Below, in pieces: positions 24,982 through 33,085 of a DNA stretch of 64,000 nt. Below the pieces are notes generated by a model that saw only the letters and a list, made by a program, of their open reading frames with translations, had not been told where the DNA came from and searched no databases. Origin of the DNA: an uncultured Candidatus Saccharibacteria bacterium (GTDB lineage Bacteria > Patescibacteriota > Minisyncoccia > Phycocordibacterales > UBA918); NCBI GenBank assembly GCA_964624165.1, contig CAZUWG010000002.1:10410-74409 (forward strand). The letters are read 5' to 3'. Both the position numbers and the translations under genes were made by a program. Positions within the stretch are counted from its first letter, which is position 1. Every line of letters starts with the position of its first letter.

Positions 24982-26007
24982 ATGATCACTTTTAAACCTA
25001 AGCAAGTCACAAAAAAGTTGCTCTCAGTCCTGCCGGAGCGAGCAAGAGATGTGCTCGAAAAACGGTACGGCCTTGGCGCAGATAATGCCAAGCATACCCT
25101 CGAAAGCATCGGTCAGACGTACGGCATTACGCGAGAGCGAGTGCGTCAGATTGAAAATTACGCAATTGCCGCCATTCAAAAGTCGGAAGTCTTTTCAGAG
25201 TTCCAGGCAATTTTTGATGAACTAAATGAATCACTCGAAGAGCTCGGTGGCGGTCTTTTGGCTGAACACACACTCCTTGAAGAGATTACGAAAGATGCTA
25301 TTTTGCAGAATCATCTGTTTTTCTTGCTTGTACTTGGAAATCCATTTTCACGTAAAAAAGAAAATCCGTCATATGCCCATCGTTGGTACACCAACAAAGA
25401 TATGGCTGACGTAGTGGAGAAGGCTTTGCGAGCTGTCTACAAAACACTCGACAAAGATGAGCTCGTCACCGAAGAAGAAATTCTCTCACGCTTTAAAAGC
25501 GAGTTGGCCGAAGTGGCTGACACGCGAGATGAATCTGTCTTACGGCGCTGGCTTTTGATCTCAAAAGAGATCGACAAAAATCCGCTCGGTGAATGGGGAC
25601 CTTCCGCCTCTCCAAACGTTCGTGTAAAAGGCGTGCGCGACTACGCCTATCTAGTGGTCAAGCGCCATGGTTCTCCGATGCACTTTAGAGAAGTCGCTTC
25701 ATCTATTGAAGAGCTGTTTGCAAAAAAGGCCCATACAGCAACGACACACAACGAGCTCATTAAGGACGAGCGATTTGTACTGGTCGGACGAGGCCTCTAC
25801 GCTTTGACTGAGTGGGGATACTCTGCCGGAGTGGTAAAGGACGTGTTGCGCGAATTACTCGAAAAACACGGCCCACTGACAAAAGACGAACTCATCGATA
25901 AGGTGCGCAAAGAGCGTTATGTGAAGGACAATACTATCGTTGTAAACCTTCAAGACGCAAATCTCTTTAAAAAACTACCAAACGGAGCGTACACTTTATC
26001 GGTCTAA
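24982..26007 (+). CDS. sigma-70 region-4-like HTH protein with uncharacterised C-terminal domain
   Basis: N-terminal 65 aa (RARDVLEKRYGLGADNAKHTLESIGQTYGITRERVRQIENYAIAAIQ) match sigma-70 region 4 (the -35-binding HTH). No region 2 or 3; about 270 aa of unknown domain follow. Confidence 0.6.
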   Translation: MITFKPKQVTKKLLSVLPERARDVLEKRYGLGADNAKHTLESIGQTYGITRERVRQIENYAIAAIQKSEVFSEFQAIFDELNESLEELGGGLLAEHTLLEEITKDAILQNHLFFLLVLGNPFSRKKENPSYAHRWYTNKDMADVVEKALRAVYKTLDKDELVTEEEILSRFKSELAEVADTRDESVLRRWLLISKEIDKNPLGEWGPSASPNVRVKGVRDYAYLVVKRHGSPMHFREVASSIEELFAKKAHTATTHNELIKDERFVLVGRGLYALTEWGYSAGVVKDVLRELLEKHGPLTKDELIDKVRKERYVKDNTIVVNLQDANLFKKLPNGAYTLSV

Positions 26008-26015
26008 CTTATCCA

Positions 26016-26054
26016 GAAAACGCGCGGCAGAGCAAAGCTCTGCCGCGCGTTTTC
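26016..26054. terminator. intrinsic terminator
   Basis: GAAAACGCGCGGCAGAGC-AAA-GCTCTGCCGCGCGTTTTC. Confidence 0.75.
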
Positions 26055-26071
26055 GTGTACAATACTAGAAA

Positions 26072-27439
26072 ATGGACTATCAAGAACTTATCAAAAAAAT
26101 CCCCATTCTCGGCGGCATTGTAAAATGGCTTTCGGGTAATGACGCTGATTATGGGATGGTCCTTCTCCTGACGGCAGCGATGATGCTGTTTTGGGGTTTG
26201 GCTGACAGTGACATCTCCAACAAGCAGATCTTTGTCATTACAGTCGCGCTTGCTCCAGTGTGGATACCATTCTTGCTCTTTAAGCTTTGGTTCAACAAGT
26301 GGATGGATGCAGTCGGCAAAAAATATGAGCTTGATAATGGTCGAACCACTCTACTCATTCGTTTGCCAGAGGACGTATTTAAGTCCCCCGAAGCCATGGA
26401 ATTTGTTTTGGGTCAAATTCACAACATTGCCAACTCAGATACACTGATGCAAACCTATCTAGACGGGAAACGACCTCTCACCAATTCACTGGAGCTAGTC
26501 TCTATTGGCGGCGATGTACGATTGTACGTCAACCTGCCCATAAAAAAACAAAAAGCGATTTTTGAAGCCAATATCTACGCGCAGTATCCAAATATTGAAA
26601 TTACTGAAGTGGAGGATTATACCGCCGAGATTCCGGTTGGCACCAAAGATTGGGAGATGATGTCATTTCATATGGGTAAAAAGAAGGACCAAGAGTTTCC
26701 AATTAAAACTTACATTGATTACAAAATGGATCAATTGCCCAAAGAAGAATTTAAAATTGATCCGATGACACCGATGCTAGAAGTCTTAGGGAGTATTGGT
26801 CCGGATGAACGTTTGTGGATACAGATTTTGATCAAGCCTTTTCGTAAGGAAAGCTTTAAAAATGGTAAGCTAATGTTCGGTGAGACGCAAGATTGGACTG
26901 TTGAAGTTAATACCAAAATCAGCCAGCTGCTCAATCGCGACCCTGCGACGCGCAAGCCGGTGGTTGAGGGAGATGTGACAGAGGAGATGGCGCGTTTGAC
27001 GCCAGGTGAACGCGATAAGATTGAGGCCATGGAACGTAACTCATCAAAGTATGCCTACTATACGGGCATTCGTTGGATATATTTGGCTAAAAAGGGTAAG
27101 TTTGACGGCGATACCATCAGTAAGACTATCCGCAGCTTTAGTCAGTATGATATGATTGGACGCAACGAAATCGGTATTCGTTGGCGTACAGACGCCTTTT
27201 ATAAAGATTACATCCCTGGGCAAAAAAAGAAAATTTTAGCCTTAAAAGAAATCGAGCACTATCTATATAAAACCCGCACTTATGTACCGTGGGCCAGCAG
27301 TGATAGTCCAAAAATCTTTACAACCGAAGAACTAGCAACGATGTTTCATATTCCCGGCAAGGTGGCCTTTACGCCAACTATCGGTCGCGTTGGTTCATCT
27401 CGTAAAGAAGCACCATCTAACCTTCCAACAGGTTTATAG
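26072..27439 (+). CDS. hypothetical membrane protein (2-3 N-terminal TM helices plus ~380-aa soluble domain), translationally coupled to mltG
   Basis: 455-aa ORF with a 3-nt gap to the downstream mltG; no recognised motif. Confidence 0.5.
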   Translation: MDYQELIKKIPILGGIVKWLSGNDADYGMVLLLTAAMMLFWGLADSDISNKQIFVITVALAPVWIPFLLFKLWFNKWMDAVGKKYELDNGRTTLLIRLPEDVFKSPEAMEFVLGQIHNIANSDTLMQTYLDGKRPLTNSLELVSIGGDVRLYVNLPIKKQKAIFEANIYAQYPNIEITEVEDYTAEIPVGTKDWEMMSFHMGKKKDQEFPIKTYIDYKMDQLPKEEFKIDPMTPMLEVLGSIGPDERLWIQILIKPFRKESFKNGKLMFGETQDWTVEVNTKISQLLNRDPATRKPVVEGDVTEEMARLTPGERDKIEAMERNSSKYAYYTGIRWIYLAKKGKFDGDTISKTIRSFSQYDMIGRNEIGIRWRTDAFYKDYIPGQKKKILALKEIEHYLYKTRTYVPWASSDSPKIFTTEELATMFHIPGKVAFTPTIGRVGSSRKEAPSNLPTGL

Positions 27440-27441
27440 TT

Positions 27442-28464
27442 ATGGATTCTCAAGAACAGTTTTTACAACCCACAGACAACGAAGCAACCATCCGCATCAA
27501 ACGGCGTCAGGGGTTGCTGTTTAAGGTTAGACGACTACTAGTAGTAGCGGTCTTATGTATGGCGGTTGCTCTATGGTTCTTTAATAGCAATAATGGCTAC
27601 GACAGTACGGTTTTGATCGTTGAAAAGGGTTCTACAGCTGCGTCTGTGGCCGCTATGGCTAAAGAAGCGGGTGTGGTACGTTCTGAGACGCTATTTTATG
27701 CTGCGCTCGTTATGGCTGGTGATCCAAGCAATATTAAGGCCGGCAGCTATGTATTAGAGACAGGCTTGAGTACATTTGATATCGCCACTATGATTTATCA
27801 AAACACTCCTCAGGATCCTCTGGTGAGCGTCACATTACCAGAAGGAATTACTGCAAAAGAAATGGCTGTTATTTTTTCTGCCAAACTCCCTTTGTTTGAT
27901 ACCGAAACATTTTTACAACTCGTAGGAACAAAGGAAGGTTATTTGTGGCCCGAGACATATTTTGTGACTGAAGACTTTACCGCTAAAGATGCCTATGAGC
28001 TTTTGTATAAGACCGCCGACACAGAACGCGAGCGAATTTTCCAAGACAGTAAAACTGCCTTTAGCAAGGAAGAGGTCATTATCTTGGCTTCTATCGTAGA
28101 GCGAGAGGCAAATACGCCAGAGAGCATGCGCATGGTGGCTGGTATTTTGCGTAATCGCTTGGAGATTGCTATGCCGCTTCAAGCAGACGCGACTATAGAG
28201 TATATTCTTGAAGATAAGATTGGCCAATTGCCACCAGGACAACTGGCTGAATATCTTGAGACACTCGATTCTCCTTATAATTCTTACCTTTATTCTGGAC
28301 TACCACCAACACCGATCGGAAATCCGGGCGAAGATGCGATCCGAGCTGTCCTTTCTCCGGCAGAGACTTCTGATTTATATTACATTACTGATGATGAGGG
28401 AGTGTTTCATTACGCCGCCACATACGATCAACATTTGGAAAATGTAGCGCGATACTTGCGGTAG
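27442..28464 (+). CDS. mltG: endolytic murein transglycosylase MltG (YceG family)
   Basis: N-terminal TM anchor followed by a YceG-like domain with the conserved block ILASIVEREANTPESMRMVAGILRNRL...MPLQADATIEY. Confidence 0.8.
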   Translation: MDSQEQFLQPTDNEATIRIKRRQGLLFKVRRLLVVAVLCMAVALWFFNSNNGYDSTVLIVEKGSTAASVAAMAKEAGVVRSETLFYAALVMAGDPSNIKAGSYVLETGLSTFDIATMIYQNTPQDPLVSVTLPEGITAKEMAVIFSAKLPLFDTETFLQLVGTKEGYLWPETYFVTEDFTAKDAYELLYKTADTERERIFQDSKTAFSKEEVIILASIVEREANTPESMRMVAGILRNRLEIAMPLQADATIEYILEDKIGQLPPGQLAEYLETLDSPYNSYLYSGLPPTPIGNPGEDAIRAVLSPAETSDLYYITDDEGVFHYAATYDQHLENVARYLR

Positions 28465-28467
28465 GGA

Positions 28468-28497
28468 AAGGCGCGGGCTTCGCCCGCGCCTGTTTTA
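28468..28497. terminator. intrinsic terminator
   Basis: AAAGGCGCGGGC-TTC-GCCCGCGCCTGTTTT. Confidence 0.7.
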
Positions 28498-28536
28498 AAG
28501 CTTTCAAATTACCACCACACGTACTATGATAAGAAT

Positions 28537-29598
28537 ATGAAAAGAAAGCAGACCGTTTTTGTCGGACTTTCAGGCGGTGTCGACTCATCAGTGGCGGCAC
28601 TGCGACTTTTGCGTGCGGGTTACAATGTAGTTGGAGTGTTTATTAAAGTCTGGCAGCCTGAGTTTCTTGACTGCAATTGGGAAGCGGAGCGGCTTGATGC
28701 AATGCGCGTGGCAGCAGCACTCAAGATTCCTTTTCGTACTTTTGATGCAGAAACAGCCTACAAGGAAGAGGTTGCTCACTATTTTATTGAAGAATATAAA
28801 GCGGGTCGTACACCAAATCCCGACGTAATGTGTAACAGGCATGTAAAGTTTGGCGCATTTCTAGAGTATGCATTAAAAGAAGGTGCCGATTTTATCGCAA
28901 CTGGGCATTACGCCAGAAACGAATATGACTCGCAAAATGGTATCTACAAACTGCTCCGTGGCGTAGACTCAAATAAAGATCAAACCTACTTTCTGTGGAC
29001 ACTCACACAAGAGCAACTAAAGTACGTGCTGCTGCCAGTGGGGGACACGGTAAAAGAAGATATCCGAAAAGAAGCCGAAAAAGCTCAACTGCCAACAGCG
29101 AAAAAAAATGATAGTCAGGGGGTATGTTTCTTGGGTCATGTTGATATTAAGGAATTTTTAAGTCACTTTACCGAACTTAAGACCGGTCAGGTATTAAGCG
29201 CCGACCAAGAGGTGATCGGCAGTCACGATGGTGCCCTTATTTATACACTCGGACAGCGTCATGGTTTTACATTAACCAACCACAATACGGGGCGTGAAGC
29301 GCTTTATGTAATTGACAGAAATATTAAAAACAACACCATCACAGTCGCAGAGCAAAAGCCACTCCTAAAAAAGAGCGAAGAGCTGGTATTAAATGAAGTA
29401 ATGCTGACAGGAAATGAAACATCTGACCTGTCCGCACAGTTTCGTTATCGACAGCAGCCTTTCCCCGTTTCCCTTATCAAGAAGGATGAGGTTTATACGC
29501 TCGCCCTTAAGGCTGACGTCGAACGTCCAGCAGTTGGTCAATCCTGTGTATTTTATCAAGGACAATGGTGTGTCGGAGGTGGTATCATTGCGTCATGA
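28537..29598 (+). CDS. mnmA: tRNA-specific 2-thiouridylase MnmA
   Basis: PP-loop VFVGLSGGVDSSVAA, and catalytic Cys in NPDVMCNRHVKFGAF and GVCFLG. Confidence 0.85.
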   Translation: MKRKQTVFVGLSGGVDSSVAALRLLRAGYNVVGVFIKVWQPEFLDCNWEAERLDAMRVAAALKIPFRTFDAETAYKEEVAHYFIEEYKAGRTPNPDVMCNRHVKFGAFLEYALKEGADFIATGHYARNEYDSQNGIYKLLRGVDSNKDQTYFLWTLTQEQLKYVLLPVGDTVKEDIRKEAEKAQLPTAKKNDSQGVCFLGHVDIKEFLSHFTELKTGQVLSADQEVIGSHDGALIYTLGQRHGFTLTNHNTGREALYVIDRNIKNNTITVAEQKPLLKKSEELVLNEVMLTGNETSDLSAQFRYRQQPFPVSLIKKDEVYTLALKADVERPAVGQSCVFYQGQWCVGGGIIAS

Positions 29599-30428
29599 GT
29601 ATTCAAGTAATCAAAGCAGACGGAGTAAAAGAACCATTTTTAGTTGAAAAGCTTGAACGTTCACTAAGAAGGTCTGGAGCATCACATACTGAGGTGACAC
29701 AAGTAATTGAAAAAATCACCCCAACACTTTTTGACGGCATTTCAACAGAGCAGATTTATCGTGAGGCGTTTGAATACCTCAATGAGCTTGGTGCAACTTC
29801 AGCCATTACTCGCTACTCTTTGCGGCGAGCGTTGTTTGGCTTAGGACCTACGGGGTTTCCATTTGAAGATTTTTTGGTGCGATTATTTGCCGCCGAAGGC
29901 TATGAAACGAAAGCTAGGATCGTTTTACAAGGTAAGTGTGTTGCTCATGAAATTGACCTGGCGGCGTACAATGGCGAGGACGCTTTTGTGGCTGAGGCTA
30001 AGTTTCACTCTAGACCAGGCGTAAAGTCAGACCTCAAAGTAACACTCTACTGCAAAGCCAGACAAGATGATCTTCAGGCCGTAAAGATCTGTGCGGAGGA
30101 TCATTGCGGCATTAAACGCTTGCGTGTTATTACCAATACTAAGTTCACTCATACTGCAGAACACTACGCCGAATGTACAGGACTTGAGCTTTTAAGCTGG
30201 GATTACCCAAAAAAGAACAACCTTCATGATATTATCCAGCGCAACGAGCTGTATCCAGTGACCGTCCTTCAGTCACTTTCAACGGCTGAAAAAGCACAGC
30301 TTTTATCCTCGGATATTATTGTTTGTAGCGATATTATGAGTAAACCACACTCACTGACCCCGTTGCGTCTTTCAAATGAAAAAACTGAGGCTGTATTTTC
30401 TGAAATTCGTCAACTCTGCACAAAATAG
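29595..30428 (+). CDS. ATP-cone domain fused to Mrr-like (PD-(D/E)xK) restriction-endonuclease domain
   Basis: N-terminus MSIQVIKADGVKEPFLVEKLERSLRRSG...EQIYREAFEYL has the ATP-cone pattern (as in NrdR/RNR). The C-terminus FEDFLVRLFAAEGYETKARIV...HEIDLAAYNGEDAFVAEAKFHS...RLRVITNTKFTHTAEHYA matches the Mrr catalytic core (D...E-x-K). Its ATG overlaps the mnmA stop (ATGA). Confidence 0.7.
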   Translation: MSIQVIKADGVKEPFLVEKLERSLRRSGASHTEVTQVIEKITPTLFDGISTEQIYREAFEYLNELGATSAITRYSLRRALFGLGPTGFPFEDFLVRLFAAEGYETKARIVLQGKCVAHEIDLAAYNGEDAFVAEAKFHSRPGVKSDLKVTLYCKARQDDLQAVKICAEDHCGIKRLRVITNTKFTHTAEHYAECTGLELLSWDYPKKNNLHDIIQRNELYPVTVLQSLSTAEKAQLLSSDIIVCSDIMSKPHSLTPLRLSNEKTEAVFSEIRQLCTK

Positions 30429-30478
30429 CGTAAGTTGTTATACTATCAAGCATATTACTAATTACAGTTATTTTACGT

Positions 30479-31024
30479 ATGTCAGAAGAAGTTAAAGATA
30501 GTCAGAAAACCGTAGTTGCCTTTATCGCAGGTCTACTCGTGGGAGGTTTATTGGTGTGGATGTTTGGCGGCCCCGCTGCGGACACTGTGCCAGAGACAGA
30601 GGATGAGGCAGTTGATTCAGAAATACTTAATGAATCAGAAATGGATTTTTCAAGTAAAATTGAAGAAGTAAGTAGTGAAAGTACTACTGCAAATGAAAGC
30701 GGGCTGTCAGTAGGTGCTGCAAATGCTCGGGTTGCAGGTGCAAGCACACGATCAATGATCGCGCTTGAATCGGCAACATTTCCAACAGATGCTGGATGGG
30801 TTGCGGTACGCTCATACAATGATGGCGCCCTTGGAAACGTACTCGGTGCTTCACGCTACAGTAAGGAACAAGGTCTGATACCAGATACAGTCAACCTACT
30901 CACTCCAACTGTGGCTGGCAATGAATACGCAATCGTTTTCTTCAGTGAAAATGGAGATCGTCAATTCAATATGCGATCTGACTTTCAGCTCGATGTAGAG
31001 CCGATTGTCTTTACCGCAAAGTAA
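30479..31024 (+). CDS. hypothetical membrane-anchored acidic protein
   Basis: 181 aa with an N-terminal TM (VVAFIAGLLVGGLLVWMFGG) and an acidic, low-complexity linker. Confidence 0.45.
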   Translation: MSEEVKDSQKTVVAFIAGLLVGGLLVWMFGGPAADTVPETEDEAVDSEILNESEMDFSSKIEEVSSESTTANESGLSVGAANARVAGASTRSMIALESATFPTDAGWVAVRSYNDGALGNVLGASRYSKEQGLIPDTVNLLTPTVAGNEYAIVFFSENGDRQFNMRSDFQLDVEPIVFTAK

Positions 31025-31033
31025 GGAGAAGAA

Positions 31034-31074
31034 GGACACAAAAAAAGCTGCCTAAGGCAGCTTTTTTTGTGTCC
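31034..31074. terminator. intrinsic terminator
   Basis: GGACACAAAAAAAGCTGCC-TAA-GGCAGCTTTTTTTGTGTCC. Confidence 0.75.
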
Positions 31075-31098
31075 GTACGTCCATGGTACAATGAACAA

Positions 31099-31887
31099 AT
31101 GGCAACTTTTGTGAAAAAATACAATCCGCACCGCAGTGCAGAATGGAATTATGGTGGAGAAAAATGGAAATTATCACGTTCTAAAATTGATCTTTTTATC
31201 GAGTGCCCACGCTGCTTTTACCTTGATAATAAGCTTGGGACTAAACGTCCAAGCTTTCCGTCGTTCAACCTCAACATTGCCGTAGACGAGCTCTTTAAGA
31301 AAGAATTTGATCACTATAGAGTGGAAGGGAAACCGCACCCTTTAATGGAAGAGTATCAGCTTAAAATGGTACCGTTTGTTCATAAAGATTTAGATCTGTG
31401 GCGAGATAATTTTGAAGGGGTGGTGGTCACTGATGAAGCTAGTGGGCTGGTGGTGAGTGGAGCAGTCGATGATATTTGGGTCAAACCAGACGGCACACTT
31501 GTCGTTGCAGATTACAAAGCCACTTCAAAAGAGGGTAGTATCAAGGCGCTTAGCGATAGCCCGTGGGATCAGCAGTACACGCGTCAGCTTGGCGTTTATC
31601 GCTGGCTTCTCGAGCAGAAGGGCTTTACAGTCGACGAAACTGCCTATCTTGTCTATGCCAACGCAAGTAAGGACGAGGCAGATTTTACCAATACGCTTAT
31701 GTTTGAAACCACCGTCATTCCGGTTGTGACCGAAGTGAGCTGGCTTCCAGAGACCCTTATGGCCATTAAAAACACACTTGAAAGCGACCTCATTCCACCA
31801 GTTGGCGCTGCCTGTGAACATTGTCCATATCGAGATGCGTGCGGGAAGTCGCTCCTTAAAATGCACAATGCCAACAAAACAAAATAA
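31099..31887 (+). CDS. Cas4-like PD-(D/E)xK nuclease with 4Fe-4S cysteine cluster (DUF83-type)
   Basis: N-terminal Cys (IECPRCFYL). PD-(D/E)xK core GAVDDIWVKPDGTLVVADYKAT. QxxxY motif (QLGVYRWLL). C-terminal CxxCxxxxxC (CEHCPYRDAC). No CRISPR array in the window. Confidence 0.7.
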   Translation: MATFVKKYNPHRSAEWNYGGEKWKLSRSKIDLFIECPRCFYLDNKLGTKRPSFPSFNLNIAVDELFKKEFDHYRVEGKPHPLMEEYQLKMVPFVHKDLDLWRDNFEGVVVTDEASGLVVSGAVDDIWVKPDGTLVVADYKATSKEGSIKALSDSPWDQQYTRQLGVYRWLLEQKGFTVDETAYLVYANASKDEADFTNTLMFETTVIPVVTEVSWLPETLMAIKNTLESDLIPPVGAACEHCPYRDACGKSLLKMHNANKTK

Positions 31888-32137
31888 TTTTAGCGAAAAC
31901 GTGCGTGAGGTAGTACGCTCGATTAAAAGAGGTCAAACCATGACCTATGAAGCGGTAGCGATTAAAGCCGGCAACAAAGGCGCTGCTCGGGCGGTTGCCA
32001 ACTGTATGGCGAAAAATTACGATCCGACCGTACCGTGTCACCGAGTGGTGAGAAAAGATGGTACAATTGGCGGGTATAATAGAGGTGGCAGCGAGTGCAA
32101 AAAAACACTATTACGTAACGAGGGATTAAATATATGA
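31868..32137 (+). CDS. minimal O6-alkylguanine-DNA alkyltransferase (MGMT) C-terminal domain protein
   Basis: FSENVREVVRSIKRGQTMTYEAVAIKAGNKGAARAVANCMAKN...PCHRVV...GGYNRGGSECKKTLLRNEG. The PCHRV active-site motif keeps its Cys. The gene overlaps the upstream nuclease gene by 20 nt. Confidence 0.7.
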   Translation: MPTKQNNFSENVREVVRSIKRGQTMTYEAVAIKAGNKGAARAVANCMAKNYDPTVPCHRVVRKDGTIGGYNRGGSECKKTLLRNEGLNI

Positions 32138-32532
32138 CAGATTTACAAAATATTGAGAAAAAAATTGACAAAATTATCGCCTCAGGAAATTCGAGAATTC
32201 AGACTGACACACTTACGGCCTTACTTACTCAGGTGCGTGAATACGCCAGAACTGCCGGTGAGGCGCGGGCACTTGCAAATGATGTGAATACCCTTAAAAC
32301 ACAAATTGATAAAAATGAGCAAAAAATCAAAGATTTAAGACGAAAATCAGAAAAAAGTGATGACGAGGCCGCTAAAGAAGCCTTCGCGCTTGAACAAGAA
32401 ACTCAATTTATGGAACAGATGCTACTTAAGGGTGAGCAAGCACAAAATATTTGGAGCTCACAACGCCCAGTACTGCAAAAAATTAGAGGTGAAGTTGAAA
32501 ATTTACGATCTGAAATAAATAAACTGCTCTAA
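32134..32532 (+). CDS. hypothetical coiled-coil protein
   Basis: 132 aa, predominantly heptad-like and charged (…NTLKTQIDKNEQKIKDLRRKSEKSDDEAAKEAF…); its start overlaps the MGMT stop (ATGA). Confidence 0.5.
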   Translation: MTDLQNIEKKIDKIIASGNSRIQTDTLTALLTQVREYARTAGEARALANDVNTLKTQIDKNEQKIKDLRRKSEKSDDEAAKEAFALEQETQFMEQMLLKGEQAQNIWSSQRPVLQKIRGEVENLRSEINKLL

Positions 32533-32534
32533 GC

Positions 32535-33080
32535 ATGAGTTTGTACGAACGAGCATTAAAGAAAGCCGCCGTACTTCATGATGGTCAATACAGAAAAGGG
32601 GTTCATGAAGTGCCCTATATCACGCATGTCGTGAGTGTGGCACATTTTACCGCCCGCTACACCGACGATGATTACGTCATCGCCGCCGCTCTTTTGCACG
32701 ATACTATAGAAGACACAGCGTATACCGAAGCCGAGTTACAAATGACGTTTGGTGCACGAGTGGCTTCTTTTGTAAAAGCAGTTACCGAAGATAAATCACT
32801 GCCACGCGCTCAAAGAAAGGCTGGCTATGTAGCAGGACTCGCGGCAGGTCCGGTTGAAGCCGTACTTATTTCTGCTTGTGATATGTTACATAATCTTTCC
32901 TCGCTCATTGACGAGCGAGATCATGCAGAAACAGAGTTTCTGCGCCATTCGTTCCATCGCGATCGCGTATTAGAATATGAGGCGCGCTTGAAGGTAATCA
33001 GAGAAAGACTAGGTGAGACCCATGAGGTCGTGCCATTACTTATTAAAACATTTACTACCTATAAATCCTTTATACAATAG
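32535..33080 (+). CDS. HD-domain protein of the RelA/SpoT (p)ppGpp-hydrolase type (small alarmone hydrolase-like)
   Basis: HDGQYRKGVHEVPYITHVVSVA and AALLHDTIEDT motifs, diagnostic of the SpoT/Mesh1 hydrolase HD fold. No synthetase domain. Confidence 0.7.
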   Translation: MSLYERALKKAAVLHDGQYRKGVHEVPYITHVVSVAHFTARYTDDDYVIAAALLHDTIEDTAYTEAELQMTFGARVASFVKAVTEDKSLPRAQRKAGYVAGLAAGPVEAVLISACDMLHNLSSLIDERDHAETEFLRHSFHRDRVLEYEARLKVIRERLGETHEVVPLLIKTFTTYKSFIQ

Positions 33081-33085
33081 CCAGT

